Positions 56,410 to 64,000 of a stretch of DNA of 64,000 nucleotides are shown piece by piece. The notes beneath the pieces are model-generated. The model did not search any database, had not been told where the DNA came from, and saw only the letters and a list, made by a program, of their open reading frames with translations. Position 1 is the first letter of the stretch. Each line of letters opens with the position of its first letter. The DNA lies in the NCBI GenBank assembly GCA_964491605.1, contig CAZBGY010000006.1:3869-67868 (forward strand), written 5' to 3'. The translations under genes and the position numbers were made by a program. This DNA comes from an uncultured Candidatus Bathyarchaeia archaeon (lineage in GTDB: Archaea > Thermoproteota > CALKCG01 > B24 > DRYS01).

Positions 56410-56841
56410 CTATTTAGGAGGCTCAGCCGATAGAACAGTTTTACGTACCGCTACTCCATCGTTCAAGATTGGACTAGCCCTCGATAGAGTTATAACACCT
56501 CTTTTAAGCTCGGTAACCTTCACCTTCTCCGGTTTAAGCTTCTCGTATATCACGTCGTAAGCTCTCCACGGATCCTTACTGCCGCATACAAATATATCCA
56601 CTGCTGCATAGCCATACTCAGGCCAGGTATGGATGGCTAGATGGGATTCGCCGACTATCACGAGCGATGTAACTCCTGGTATAAAGTTATGGGTTTTCGA
56701 AGCTATGATAGTTAGATCAGCCCTTCTAGCTGCCTCGAGTAATAATTCCTCCATTAGCTGGGGGTTGCTTAGATAGTTATCATCACATCCATACATTTCC
56801 GCTACTATATGTCTACCTAGGGTTAGCTTAATCCTGCTCAT
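56410..56841 (-). CDS. speH: S-adenosylmethionine decarboxylase proenzyme (pyruvoyl-dependent)
   Basis: GRHIVAEMYGCD...VIVGESHLAIHTWPE contains the ES self-cleavage site. 143 aa. Confidence 0.85.
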   Translation of the reverse strand: MSRIKLTLGRHIVAEMYGCDDNYLSNPQLMEELLLEAARRADLTIIASKTHNFIPGVTSLVIVGESHLAIHTWPEYGYAAVDIFVCGSKDPWRAYDVIYEKLKPEKVKVTELKRGVITLSRASPILNDGVAVRKTVLSAEPPK

Positions 56842-56995
56842 AGCCCTTACATGTCTATATTTAGCTCTAAGATAAATTTTACTCGTAAAGCCAAAAGAAA
56901 CCGGATGAAACCTATTTTAACCTAAAAATCTCTAGTAGAACTTAGATTAAAACCCTTATTAGAGATTTATTTAGGTAAAGAATCCTTACTTGGGT

Positions 56996-57943
56996 TTATT
57001 TAGCTGGTAAAGCTCCTAAAATCAGAGATATGATAGACATACGTGTTAATAGGCCGTAATACACTTGCCGGAAGTATACGGCGTTAGGTGTAGAATCCAC
57101 TTCGATCGCTATCTCATCGACTCTAGGTAGCGGATGCATTATTATAGCATCTTTCTTCATCTTAGATACTGTTTCGAGCGTTATCTTATACGAACCCTTA
57201 ACCTTCATATACTCGCTCTCATCTACAAACCTCTCCTTCTGTATTCTCGTGACATAGAGTACATCAAGTTCCGGAAGTATCTCGTTCATATTATTCAACT
57301 CGTGAACCTCTATCTTGCCGCTTATATACCTTAAAACCTCCCCCCTCATCCTCAAAAGTTCTGGTGATATCAGGTAGAGTTTAACGTCATAGTTGGATAG
57401 AGCATATGCTAAGCTATGGGTTGTACGTCCATACCTTAAATCGCCTAGAATACCTATTTTAAGTCCATCGATACGTTTCTTGCATCTTCTTATAGTGTAT
57501 AGGTCAAGCATAGCTTGGGTTGGATGCTCTTCAGCTCCTGATCCACCGTTAATTACAGGTATATCGGCTACTTCTGCTGCAAGCCTAGCCGCCCCCTCCA
57601 TAGGATGTCTAAGGACTATTAGATCAGCATAGTTCTGTACGACCTTCACCGTATCGATTAGCGTCTCGCCTTTTTCGATAGATGCCCTCATAGGCTCGCC
57701 CATATCGAGCGTTAATCCTCCAAGCTTCTTCATAGCTGCTTCAAAGCTAAGCCTAGTTCTAGTGGATGGCTCAAAGAATAGTATGGCCATAGTCTTCCCT
57801 GCTAATATGCCTCTATATTTATCCATATACCGTTCTATCTCATCGGCTACATCCATTATATACTCTAGTTGTTCCCGGTTGAAATCTAGGATAGAGATAA
57901 CATCTCTACCGTTGAAATCCCTAGGGGTGGTCATTGTACACAC
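56996..57943 (-). CDS. pyrB: Aspartate carbamoyltransferase catalytic subunit
   Basis: FFEPSTRTRLSFEAAMKKLGG, GDLRYGRTTHSL and MHPLPRVDEI. The HPLPR motif is diagnostic for ATCase rather than OTCase. Confidence 0.8.
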   Translation of the reverse strand: MCTMTTPRDFNGRDVISILDFNREQLEYIMDVADEIERYMDKYRGILAGKTMAILFFEPSTRTRLSFEAAMKKLGGLTLDMGEPMRASIEKGETLIDTVKVVQNYADLIVLRHPMEGAARLAAEVADIPVINGGSGAEEHPTQAMLDLYTIRRCKKRIDGLKIGILGDLRYGRTTHSLAYALSNYDVKLYLISPELLRMRGEVLRYISGKIEVHELNNMNEILPELDVLYVTRIQKERFVDESEYMKVKGSYKITLETVSKMKKDAIIMHPLPRVDEIAIEVDSTPNAVYFRQVYYGLLTRMSIISLILGALPAK

Positions 57944-58027
57944 CTCAGCCCCATAAATTCTAAGTTAAAATCTTATGCTCTTAAACATAGCAGTCAAAAT
58001 ATCTTGAAGTAGAGGGTTGAGCTCGTC

Positions 58028-58819
58028 TTGGATTTCCACGTAATAGTGCTAGTTAAACATGTCCCCGATATAGAGAAAGTTAGATTCGACGTAGAGGCCG
58101 GTAGGATCGATAGAAGTTCAGCTCCAGGAGAGATAAATCCCTTCGATCTTAATGCTATAGAAGTCGCGGTACAGATTAAAGAAAGGCTTGGAGGTGTAGT
58201 AACAGCTTTAAGTATGGGCCCTCCTCAAGCTGAATCCTCTCTTAAAGATGCAGTAGCTAGGGGTGTGGATAGAGCTATACTACTAACGGATCATAGATTC
58301 GCTGGTGCGGATACTCTAGCTACATCCTATACGCTTGCCTCTGCTATAAGGAAGCTCGGTAGATATGATCTCATAGTATGCGGAGAGAAAACGGTGGATG
58401 GCGATACGGGTCAGGTTGGACCCGAGGTAGCTGAGCATCTAGGTATACCTCACGTAGCCTATGTATGCGAAGTTAAAGAGATCTACATGAACCGTCTAGT
58501 GGTCGTATCCGATATGGGTGATAGATTTCTCATAGAAGTTAAACTTCCAGCTCTCATAACAGTAACAAAGGATGTGAATACTCCTAGGCTTCCAACTCTA
58601 AGAGATACACTAAGAGCTCGAAGGGTTAAGATAGAAAATTGGAATGCAGACCATCTAGTAGGCTACATAGATATGTCTAGGATCGGGCTTACAGGTTCAC
58701 GTACACAAGTTTTCAAGATAGTCATACCATCTGAGGAACATAGACGCGGTATCATATTCAGAGGAGCTGATTCTATCGGTAAGCTTGTGGAAGCTCTTCG
58801 TAAGGAGGGGCTGATATGA
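58028..58819 (+). CDS. etfB: Electron transfer flavoprotein beta subunit
   Basis: VIVLVKHVPD... is the EtfB N-terminus. 263 aa. Confidence 0.85.
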   Translation: MDFHVIVLVKHVPDIEKVRFDVEAGRIDRSSAPGEINPFDLNAIEVAVQIKERLGGVVTALSMGPPQAESSLKDAVARGVDRAILLTDHRFAGADTLATSYTLASAIRKLGRYDLIVCGEKTVDGDTGQVGPEVAEHLGIPHVAYVCEVKEIYMNRLVVVSDMGDRFLIEVKLPALITVTKDVNTPRLPTLRDTLRARRVKIENWNADHLVGYIDMSRIGLTGSRTQVFKIVIPSEEHRRGIIFRGADSIGKLVEALRKEGLI

Positions 58820-59811
58820 ATAGCAGTTTATCCGATGGAGTAATGGTATACTCCGAATACGCTGAAGGAGTTATACATCCGGTTACATTCGAGCTTCTGG
58901 GTAAATCTCGTGAGATCGCTGATAGATTGAAAGTCGAGGTTTGGGGAGTTATCATCGGATACAGAGTTAAAGATGACGAAGTTCGAGAGCTTATATATTA
59001 TGGTGCGGATAGAGTTTTCGTATACGATCATCCTAAGCTAGAGTATTTCGATCCGATGATATACAAAGATATCCTTGTCGATCTAGCGAAACAAGTGAAC
59101 CCTTCTGCTCTTTTCTTCGGAGCTACTCCGTTAGGTAGGAGTCTCGCTCCGAGAGTAGCTGTAGCGTTAGATACTGGTTTAACAGCCGATTGCATAGATA
59201 TTCAGGTAGACGAATATGGGAATATAGTTCAGGTTAGACCAGCTTTCACGGGTAACATAATAGCTTATATAAGGACTAGCAGCCGCCCAGTTATGTCTAC
59301 CGTCAGATATAGGGTTATGAGGATGCCTAACCGTGATACGAGTAGGGTCGGAAAGATTATCAGAATGACGCCTAGGATAGATAGGGATTCTGGATTGAGA
59401 GTACTAGGTAGGGTATCCAGGAGAAGCGTAGATCTAGCTAAAGCAGATGTAATAGTAGCCGGAGGTAGAGGGTTTAAGAAGAAGGAGGATCTGAAGATGC
59501 TGGAGGATTTGGCATCCCTCATCGGCGGGGTTGTAGGTGTTAGTAGACCTTTAGTAGATGAGGGTTGGATGCCCCGTGAGCGTCAGATAGGCTTCAGCGG
59601 TAATACGGTTAAACCCAGGCTCTACATGGCCTTCGGTATATCCGGATCTCCTCAGCATATAGCTGGTATGAGAGGATCGGAGATAATAGTTGCGGTTAAT
59701 ATAGATCCATCAGCGCCTATATTCAGGATAGCCGACTATGGTGTAGTAGGAGATCTATATGAAGTAATACCTAAGCTTATAGAAGAGCTAAGTAAGGTTA
59801 AACGGGTGTAA
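58816..59811 (+). CDS. etfA: Electron transfer flavoprotein alpha subunit
   Basis: C-terminal FAD-binding region with PRLYMAFGISGSPQHIAGM. 331 aa. Overlaps the etfB stop. Confidence 0.85.
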   Translation: MNSSLSDGVMVYSEYAEGVIHPVTFELLGKSREIADRLKVEVWGVIIGYRVKDDEVRELIYYGADRVFVYDHPKLEYFDPMIYKDILVDLAKQVNPSALFFGATPLGRSLAPRVAVALDTGLTADCIDIQVDEYGNIVQVRPAFTGNIIAYIRTSSRPVMSTVRYRVMRMPNRDTSRVGKIIRMTPRIDRDSGLRVLGRVSRRSVDLAKADVIVAGGRGFKKKEDLKMLEDLASLIGGVVGVSRPLVDEGWMPRERQIGFSGNTVKPRLYMAFGISGSPQHIAGMRGSEIIVAVNIDPSAPIFRIADYGVVGDLYEVIPKLIEELSKVKRV

Positions 59812-59814
59812 GCT

Positions 59815-61203
59815 ATGTACTCTTCGATAGATAAAGCCATCATAGAAGAGCTATCATCGGTAGTAGGTGAAGACTATGTTATATTCGATACGGATAGGAT
59901 TGAAGCATATCTTCTAGATGAAACTCCTCCACCTATAAGACCGGAACCCTGCCGCAGCGTGGTCGTGGTTAAACCCGCATCTACAGAGGAAGTTTCATCT
60001 GTATTAAGGTTAGCGTATAGGAGTAGGATCCCAGTATTCCCTAGGGGAGGGGGTACAGGTCTCGTAGGAGGATGTATACCTACCCGTAGCGGTATAATCC
60101 TATGTTTAGAGAGGATGAATAGAGTATCGGTAGATGTAGATAACATGATGGCTGAAGTCGAAGCCGGTGCGACACTCCGTGATCTAATCGAAGCAGCGGA
60201 GAGGAACGGTCTCTTCTTCCCTCCACATCCCGGTGATGAATCCGCTCAAGTAGGCGGACTAATAGCCTGCAACGCTGGCGGAGCTAGAGCTATAAGGACA
60301 GGTGTTATGCGCAACTATATTAGAGGCATAGAAGCCGTATTACCTACAGGCGATATACTAAAGCTTGGAGGCAAGCTTATCAAGGATAATACTGGCTACG
60401 ATCTCATGCAGCTTATAATAGGTAGCGAAGGCACTTTAGCCGTCATAACTAAAGCCTTCATAAGATTGTATCCAAGATTACCATTCTCCCTAACCATAAT
60501 AGTTCCGTTCGGTAGTAGATCGGCGGCGTTGAAAACAGTACCTAGAATACTGAAGTCTGGTATTATGCCGCTAGCCATAGAGTATGTAGAGAGGATGCCT
60601 ATAGAGATCTCAGCTAGCAGGTTGGGTTTAGAGTGGCCATGTAAGGAGGGTGAAGCCTTCCTAATAGTAATACTAGCGGAGCAGGATGAAGATTATCTCT
60701 ATAGACTTTGTGAGAATCTCCTAGATATATGCATAGAATTTGGTAGCCTCGAACCCTTAGTAGCTGAGAGACGCGATGAGCAGGATAAGATACTAAAGAT
60801 TAGAAGCGAAATCTATACAGCTCTAAAACCTAGCATGGTAGATATACTCGATGTAACAGTTCCACCCGCATCCATAGGATTACTGATGGATAAAGTCGAT
60901 GAAATCGCTAAAAGCTACAATACATATCTACCCGCATACGGTCATGCCGGAGATGGAAACATACATATACATATAATGCTGGAGGATGGTTGGGATAAGG
61001 CTATGTACGATGAGGTTAGAGATAGAATATATAGTGTAGCGTTGGAGCTTGGAGGAGTTATAACAGGTGAACATGGCATAGGATTCGTTAGGAGATACAG
61101 TCTCCTACGTTTCTCGCATCCCATCTACATCGATTTGATAAGAAGAATCAAGCAGGTATTCGACCCTAATAACATACTCAACCCGGATAAGCTACTGCCC
61201 TAA
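59815..61203 (+). CDS. FAD-linked oxidase (GlcD / D-lactate dehydrogenase family)
   Basis: FAD-binding PCMH domain (PRGGGTGLVGG), then a C-terminal FAD-oxidase domain. 462 aa. Confidence 0.8.
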   Translation: MYSSIDKAIIEELSSVVGEDYVIFDTDRIEAYLLDETPPPIRPEPCRSVVVVKPASTEEVSSVLRLAYRSRIPVFPRGGGTGLVGGCIPTRSGIILCLERMNRVSVDVDNMMAEVEAGATLRDLIEAAERNGLFFPPHPGDESAQVGGLIACNAGGARAIRTGVMRNYIRGIEAVLPTGDILKLGGKLIKDNTGYDLMQLIIGSEGTLAVITKAFIRLYPRLPFSLTIIVPFGSRSAALKTVPRILKSGIMPLAIEYVERMPIEISASRLGLEWPCKEGEAFLIVILAEQDEDYLYRLCENLLDICIEFGSLEPLVAERRDEQDKILKIRSEIYTALKPSMVDILDVTVPPASIGLLMDKVDEIAKSYNTYLPAYGHAGDGNIHIHIMLEDGWDKAMYDEVRDRIYSVALELGGVITGEHGIGFVRRYSLLRFSHPIYIDLIRRIKQVFDPNNILNPDKLLP

Positions 61204-61211
61204 CGATGTAT

Positions 61212-62333
61212 CTAATATGGTGGATGAAATATAGTCCCGGCTATATAGCGTACACCCCCATCGCATTTCACCCTATCTTCTCTATCGTTAAAATAATATA
61301 CAGTAAGTATTCTTCCATCAGGTAGCTCCGTAGATCTAGGATATCCTAGATCGCTACTTCCTCCATCATCCCTTACTATAATCTCAGGACCCCATGTAGC
61401 TCCCCCATCAGAACTTATCCTAGCTCTAACACCGTAGGGAGGTGCCCTATATCCGTATACGCATAGAAGTCTTCCATCTCTAAGCACCGTCAGCGATGCA
61501 GGTGCACCCCACCTATTAACCCTAGATAGGAATCTCCATGTCAACCCTCCATCCTCTGAAACGTAGAGTTCAGTCCATTGAAACCTCCAATCAGGCCAGA
61601 GAACCCTTAAAGCTACAACTATGCTTCCATCATCTAGTACAGCTGGGTAAGGACATATACGAGGTAAATCAGGGTTTACAGGTAGTATATAGGATAAGAA
61701 TCTCCAGTTTACCGCTCCGTCTACACTTACAAGCACCATAGGTCTACCCTCAGGCTCGATAGCTCTATACCCTCTAGCAGCTTCGTCATATCTGAGTCCT
61801 TGTACAAAAAGCATTATATCCCTTTCGTAGATTATGTAGGAGGGTCTAGCATGTATCATCTCGAATAATTGATCCCATAGTATATAAGGTCCCTCCCACG
61901 TATACCCTTTATCCCTTGTGATGAAATAAGCTGTAGGCCCGTTCTCTCTACCTAGAGGCGGCTCTACCGCTATAGCATTCATACCTGTATCGAGATCGAT
62001 TGGCTCGGGTTTAGGTAGCGGCGCCCCATTCGTCATATAATACTGTATCCTTGCCCTCAGATCTGCTTTACTTTCGATTACAATCTTCGGATCAGACCAT
62101 CTATACCCTCCATCCACACTCTTAGCTACTACAAGTTGCCCCCCATCATATTGTATTCTCCTATGCCTAGTATCCTCTGGTGAACTATACTTACACTTAT
62201 TACGTACGAAACCTACTAGGAGCTCTCCCCCACCGAAATTCCATAATCCACAATTGAAAGGCCAGCCGGCATACTCGTCATCTCTACGGTAAACTACGAT
62301 ATTTTCATAATCCTCAAGCCGGCATATCCTCAT
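61212..62333 (-). CDS. BNR/Asp-box repeat sialidase-like glycoside hydrolase
   Basis: Four Asp-box motifs, SxDxGxTW-like: SVDGGYRW, SVDGAVNW, SEDGGLTW, SSDGGATW. 373 aa. No signal peptide. Confidence 0.7.
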   Translation of the reverse strand: MRICRLEDYENIVVYRRDDEYAGWPFNCGLWNFGGGELLVGFVRNKCKYSSPEDTRHRRIQYDGGQLVVAKSVDGGYRWSDPKIVIESKADLRARIQYYMTNGAPLPKPEPIDLDTGMNAIAVEPPLGRENGPTAYFITRDKGYTWEGPYILWDQLFEMIHARPSYIIYERDIMLFVQGLRYDEAARGYRAIEPEGRPMVLVSVDGAVNWRFLSYILPVNPDLPRICPYPAVLDDGSIVVALRVLWPDWRFQWTELYVSEDGGLTWRFLSRVNRWGAPASLTVLRDGRLLCVYGYRAPPYGVRARISSDGGATWGPEIIVRDDGGSSDLGYPRSTELPDGRILTVYYFNDREDRVKCDGGVRYIAGTIFHPPY

Positions 62334-62494
62334 CTAATACACCCTCCATCAGTATACGTAGCCTTCTCTAAAGACTTCGTAGAGATAAGGTATATATCTT
62401 TCCCTAAATCCATCTAGGGTATCTTTCGTGTTAAGTTTTTATTTTTAGGTTGTAGATAAAGTTAAATAGCGGCTTAAAGAAATCTATTCACTAG

Positions 62495-62725
62495 GTGGTA
62501 TATTTGGTAGAGTACGAACTTCAGTTAGCACCTATACATAGGCTTATAAAGAAAGCTGGAGCAATGCGTGTGAGTGAAAGTGCAGCTGAAGAGCTTAGAC
62601 GGGTTTTAGAGGATATCGGTATGAGAATAGGGCGTGAAGCAGCTAAATTCGCTACTCACGCTGGTAGAAAGACTATTAGAGCTGAAGATGTAAGGCTAGC
62701 TGTTAGTAGCCTCCTTAGGATGTAA
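62495..62725 (+). CDS. Archaeal histone (HMf-like histone fold)
   Basis: LAPIHRLIKKAGAMRVSESAAEELRRVLEDIGMRIGREAAKFATHAGRKTIRAEDVRLAV is co-linear with HMfB (LPIAPIGRIIK...HAGRKTIKAEDIELA). The start is the GTG at 62495 or the TTG at 62504. Confidence 0.8.
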   Translation: MVYLVEYELQLAPIHRLIKKAGAMRVSESAAEELRRVLEDIGMRIGREAAKFATHAGRKTIRAEDVRLAVSSLLRM

Positions 62726-62900
62726 GGATCTTCAGCATAGTATGCCTAGATAGAGGTACCCCTTTCTCATCGAAGATCTATCTAATCCTCTTTAAACGAT
62801 TCCGCCCTCCTCGGATAATGTTTATATCTCAGGCTTCTTTACCTAGATACCTTGCTTAAGAGTTAGATCGTATATAACATCGGTTTCGGGGTGGGTAGTT

Positions 62901-64000
62901 ATGTCTGAACGAAGAGCTGTGAGAGCTCCGGTGCTTATACTTAAGGAGGGTACGACCCGTCAAAGAGGTAGGGAAGCTCAGCGTCAGAATATGTTAGCAG
63001 CTAGGATAGTTGCCGAGATGTTGAAGTCGACTTTAGGGCCTAGGGGTATGGATAAAATGCTGGTGGATAGTATCGGTGATATAACTATCACCAACGATGG
63101 AGCTACTATAATGGATGAGATCGAAGCTGAACATCCAGCCGTTAAGCTTCTCGTTAACGTAGCTAAGACCCAGGATAAAGAGGTTGGCGATGGTACTACG
63201 AGCGTAGTCGTATTAACCGGTGCTCTACTGAAGAAGGCTGAAGAGCTTCTCGATAAGGATATACATCCCTCTGTAATATGCTCCGGTTTTAGAAAGGCTG
63301 AAGCTAAAGCACAGGAGGTTTTACAGAGGATAGCTAAACCGGTGGATCTCAACGATAGGGCTACGCTCATGAATATAGCATCTACGGCTATGAGAAGTAA
63401 GAGCGTGGAGTATCTAAGAGATTACCTCGCATCGATAGCAGTAGACGCTGTATTGAAGATAGTCGAGGATAGGGATGGTAAGAAGTATGCCGATATAGAT
63501 AATATACAGGTGATAAAGAAGCCTGGTAAGAGCGTAGCTGAGACGCAGTTAATCAACGGCTTAATAATAGATAAAGAAGTTGTTCATCCAGGTATGCCTA
63601 AACGTATAGAGAACGCTAAGATCGCTCTACTTAATTGTCCTCTAGAGATAGAGAAGACGGAGTTTAGCGCTGAGATAAGGATTAGGGATCCATCACAGAT
63701 GAAGGCTTTCCTCGATGAGGAGTCTAGGATGCTTAAGGGTATGGTTGATAATATCGCTGCTACTGGTGCTAACGTAGTATTCTGTCAGAAGGGTATAGAT
63801 GATATGGCTCAATACTTCCTAGCAAAGAAAGGAATACTAGCAGTAAGAAGAGTTAAGAAGTCTGATATGGAGAAGCTTTCAAGAGCTACGGGAGCGAGAA
63901 TAGTAACAAACATAGACGATCTAAAGCCTGAAGATCTAGGATCAGCAGAACTAGTAGAGGAGAGGAAGATCGGTGAAGATAGGATGGTGTTCGTAGAAGG
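62901..64000 (+). CDS. thsA: Thermosome (group II chaperonin) subunit, partial (3' end beyond window)
   Basis: [42 protein letters not shown] and [15 protein letters not shown] are chaperonin signatures. Confidence 0.95.
   Translation, partial: MSERRAVRAPVLILKEGTTRQRGREAQRQNMLAARIVAEMLKSTLGPRGMDKMLVDSIGDITITNDGATIMDEIEAEHPAVKLLVNVAKTQDKEVGDGTTSVVVLTGALLKKAEELLDKDIHPSVICSGFRKAEAKAQEVLQRIAKPVDLNDRATLMNIASTAMRSKSVEYLRDYLASIAVDAVLKIVEDRDGKKYADIDNIQVIKKPGKSVAETQLINGLIIDKEVVHPGMPKRIENAKIALLNCPLEIEKTEFSAEIRIRDPSQMKAFLDEESRMLKGMVDNIAATGANVVFCQKGIDDMAQYFLAKKGILAVRRVKKSDMEKLSRATGARIVTNIDDLKPEDLGSAELVEERKIGEDRMVFVE

Noticed and set aside
62334-62494. ncRNA in the 160-bp BNR / histone intergenic region
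   Set aside because: The content is adequately explained by two divergent promoters (TATA-like elements for both genes). No stable extended hairpins seen.
1-64000. CRISPR arrays, integrases, transposases or other mobile elements, including integration at the tRNA-Thr gene
   Set aside because: No direct-repeat/spacer periodicity, no recombinase or transposase-like ORFs, no tRNA 3'-end duplication flanking the tRNA. Base composition is uniform across the window.

Overview
This is a gene-dense, non-mobile chromosomal window from an archaeon, about 42% GC. It carries archaeal informational genes: Nop5, fibrillarin and Trm1; Orc1/Cdc6; RFC large and small subunits; archease; an archaeal histone; a thermosome subunit; L44e and L22. 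My inference is a Thermoproteales-like crenarchaeon. This is inference only, because no database search was possible. About 64 protein genes and one tRNA-Thr(CGU) are supported, with no CRISPR array, integrase or transposase.

The main metabolic content is:
- argG plus a LysW amino-group-carrier module. The 57-aa lysW is too short to appear in the ORF track, and is followed by lysZ/argB and lysK/argE.
- A leuC-leuD-leuB-leuA-like block followed by a LysE/RhtB-family exporter.
- Scattered glycoside utilisation genes: GH3, GH42, GH29, a BNR sialidase-like protein, an L-fucose/L-arabinose isomerase-family protein and a galactokinase-family kinase.
- A tungsten aldehyde:ferredoxin oxidoreductase with a divergent Cmo-like radical SAM gene.
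- EtfB-EtfA followed by a FAD-linked oxidase, an arrangement resembling Etf-dependent lactate dehydrogenase.
- Polyamine genes speE and speH next to pyrB.
- nadC, a Dph6-like PP-loop ATPase, an Lhr helicase and glycerate 2-kinase.

The observations most worth follow-up are:
- A 462-bp non-coding gap (33018-33479) with stable hairpins, a candidate ncRNA.
- A sulfatase-family protein with Thr at the formylglycine position, next to a Zn-ribbon hypothetical.
- An MfnB-like (methanofuran aldolase family) gene in a non-methanogen context.
- Two genes whose conserved N-termini lack a canonical start codon: the Dph6-like gene (ACG where ATG is expected) and the LysE-family exporter.
- A small RAM-domain gene broken by a GGGG homopolymer frameshift.
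- An HD-domain dNTPase paired with a Tmk-like kinase whose Walker A is degenerate (GKET).
- An orphan minimal FtsX-like permease.

I did not find a single clear-cut novel multi-gene system. The candidates above are graded accordingly.
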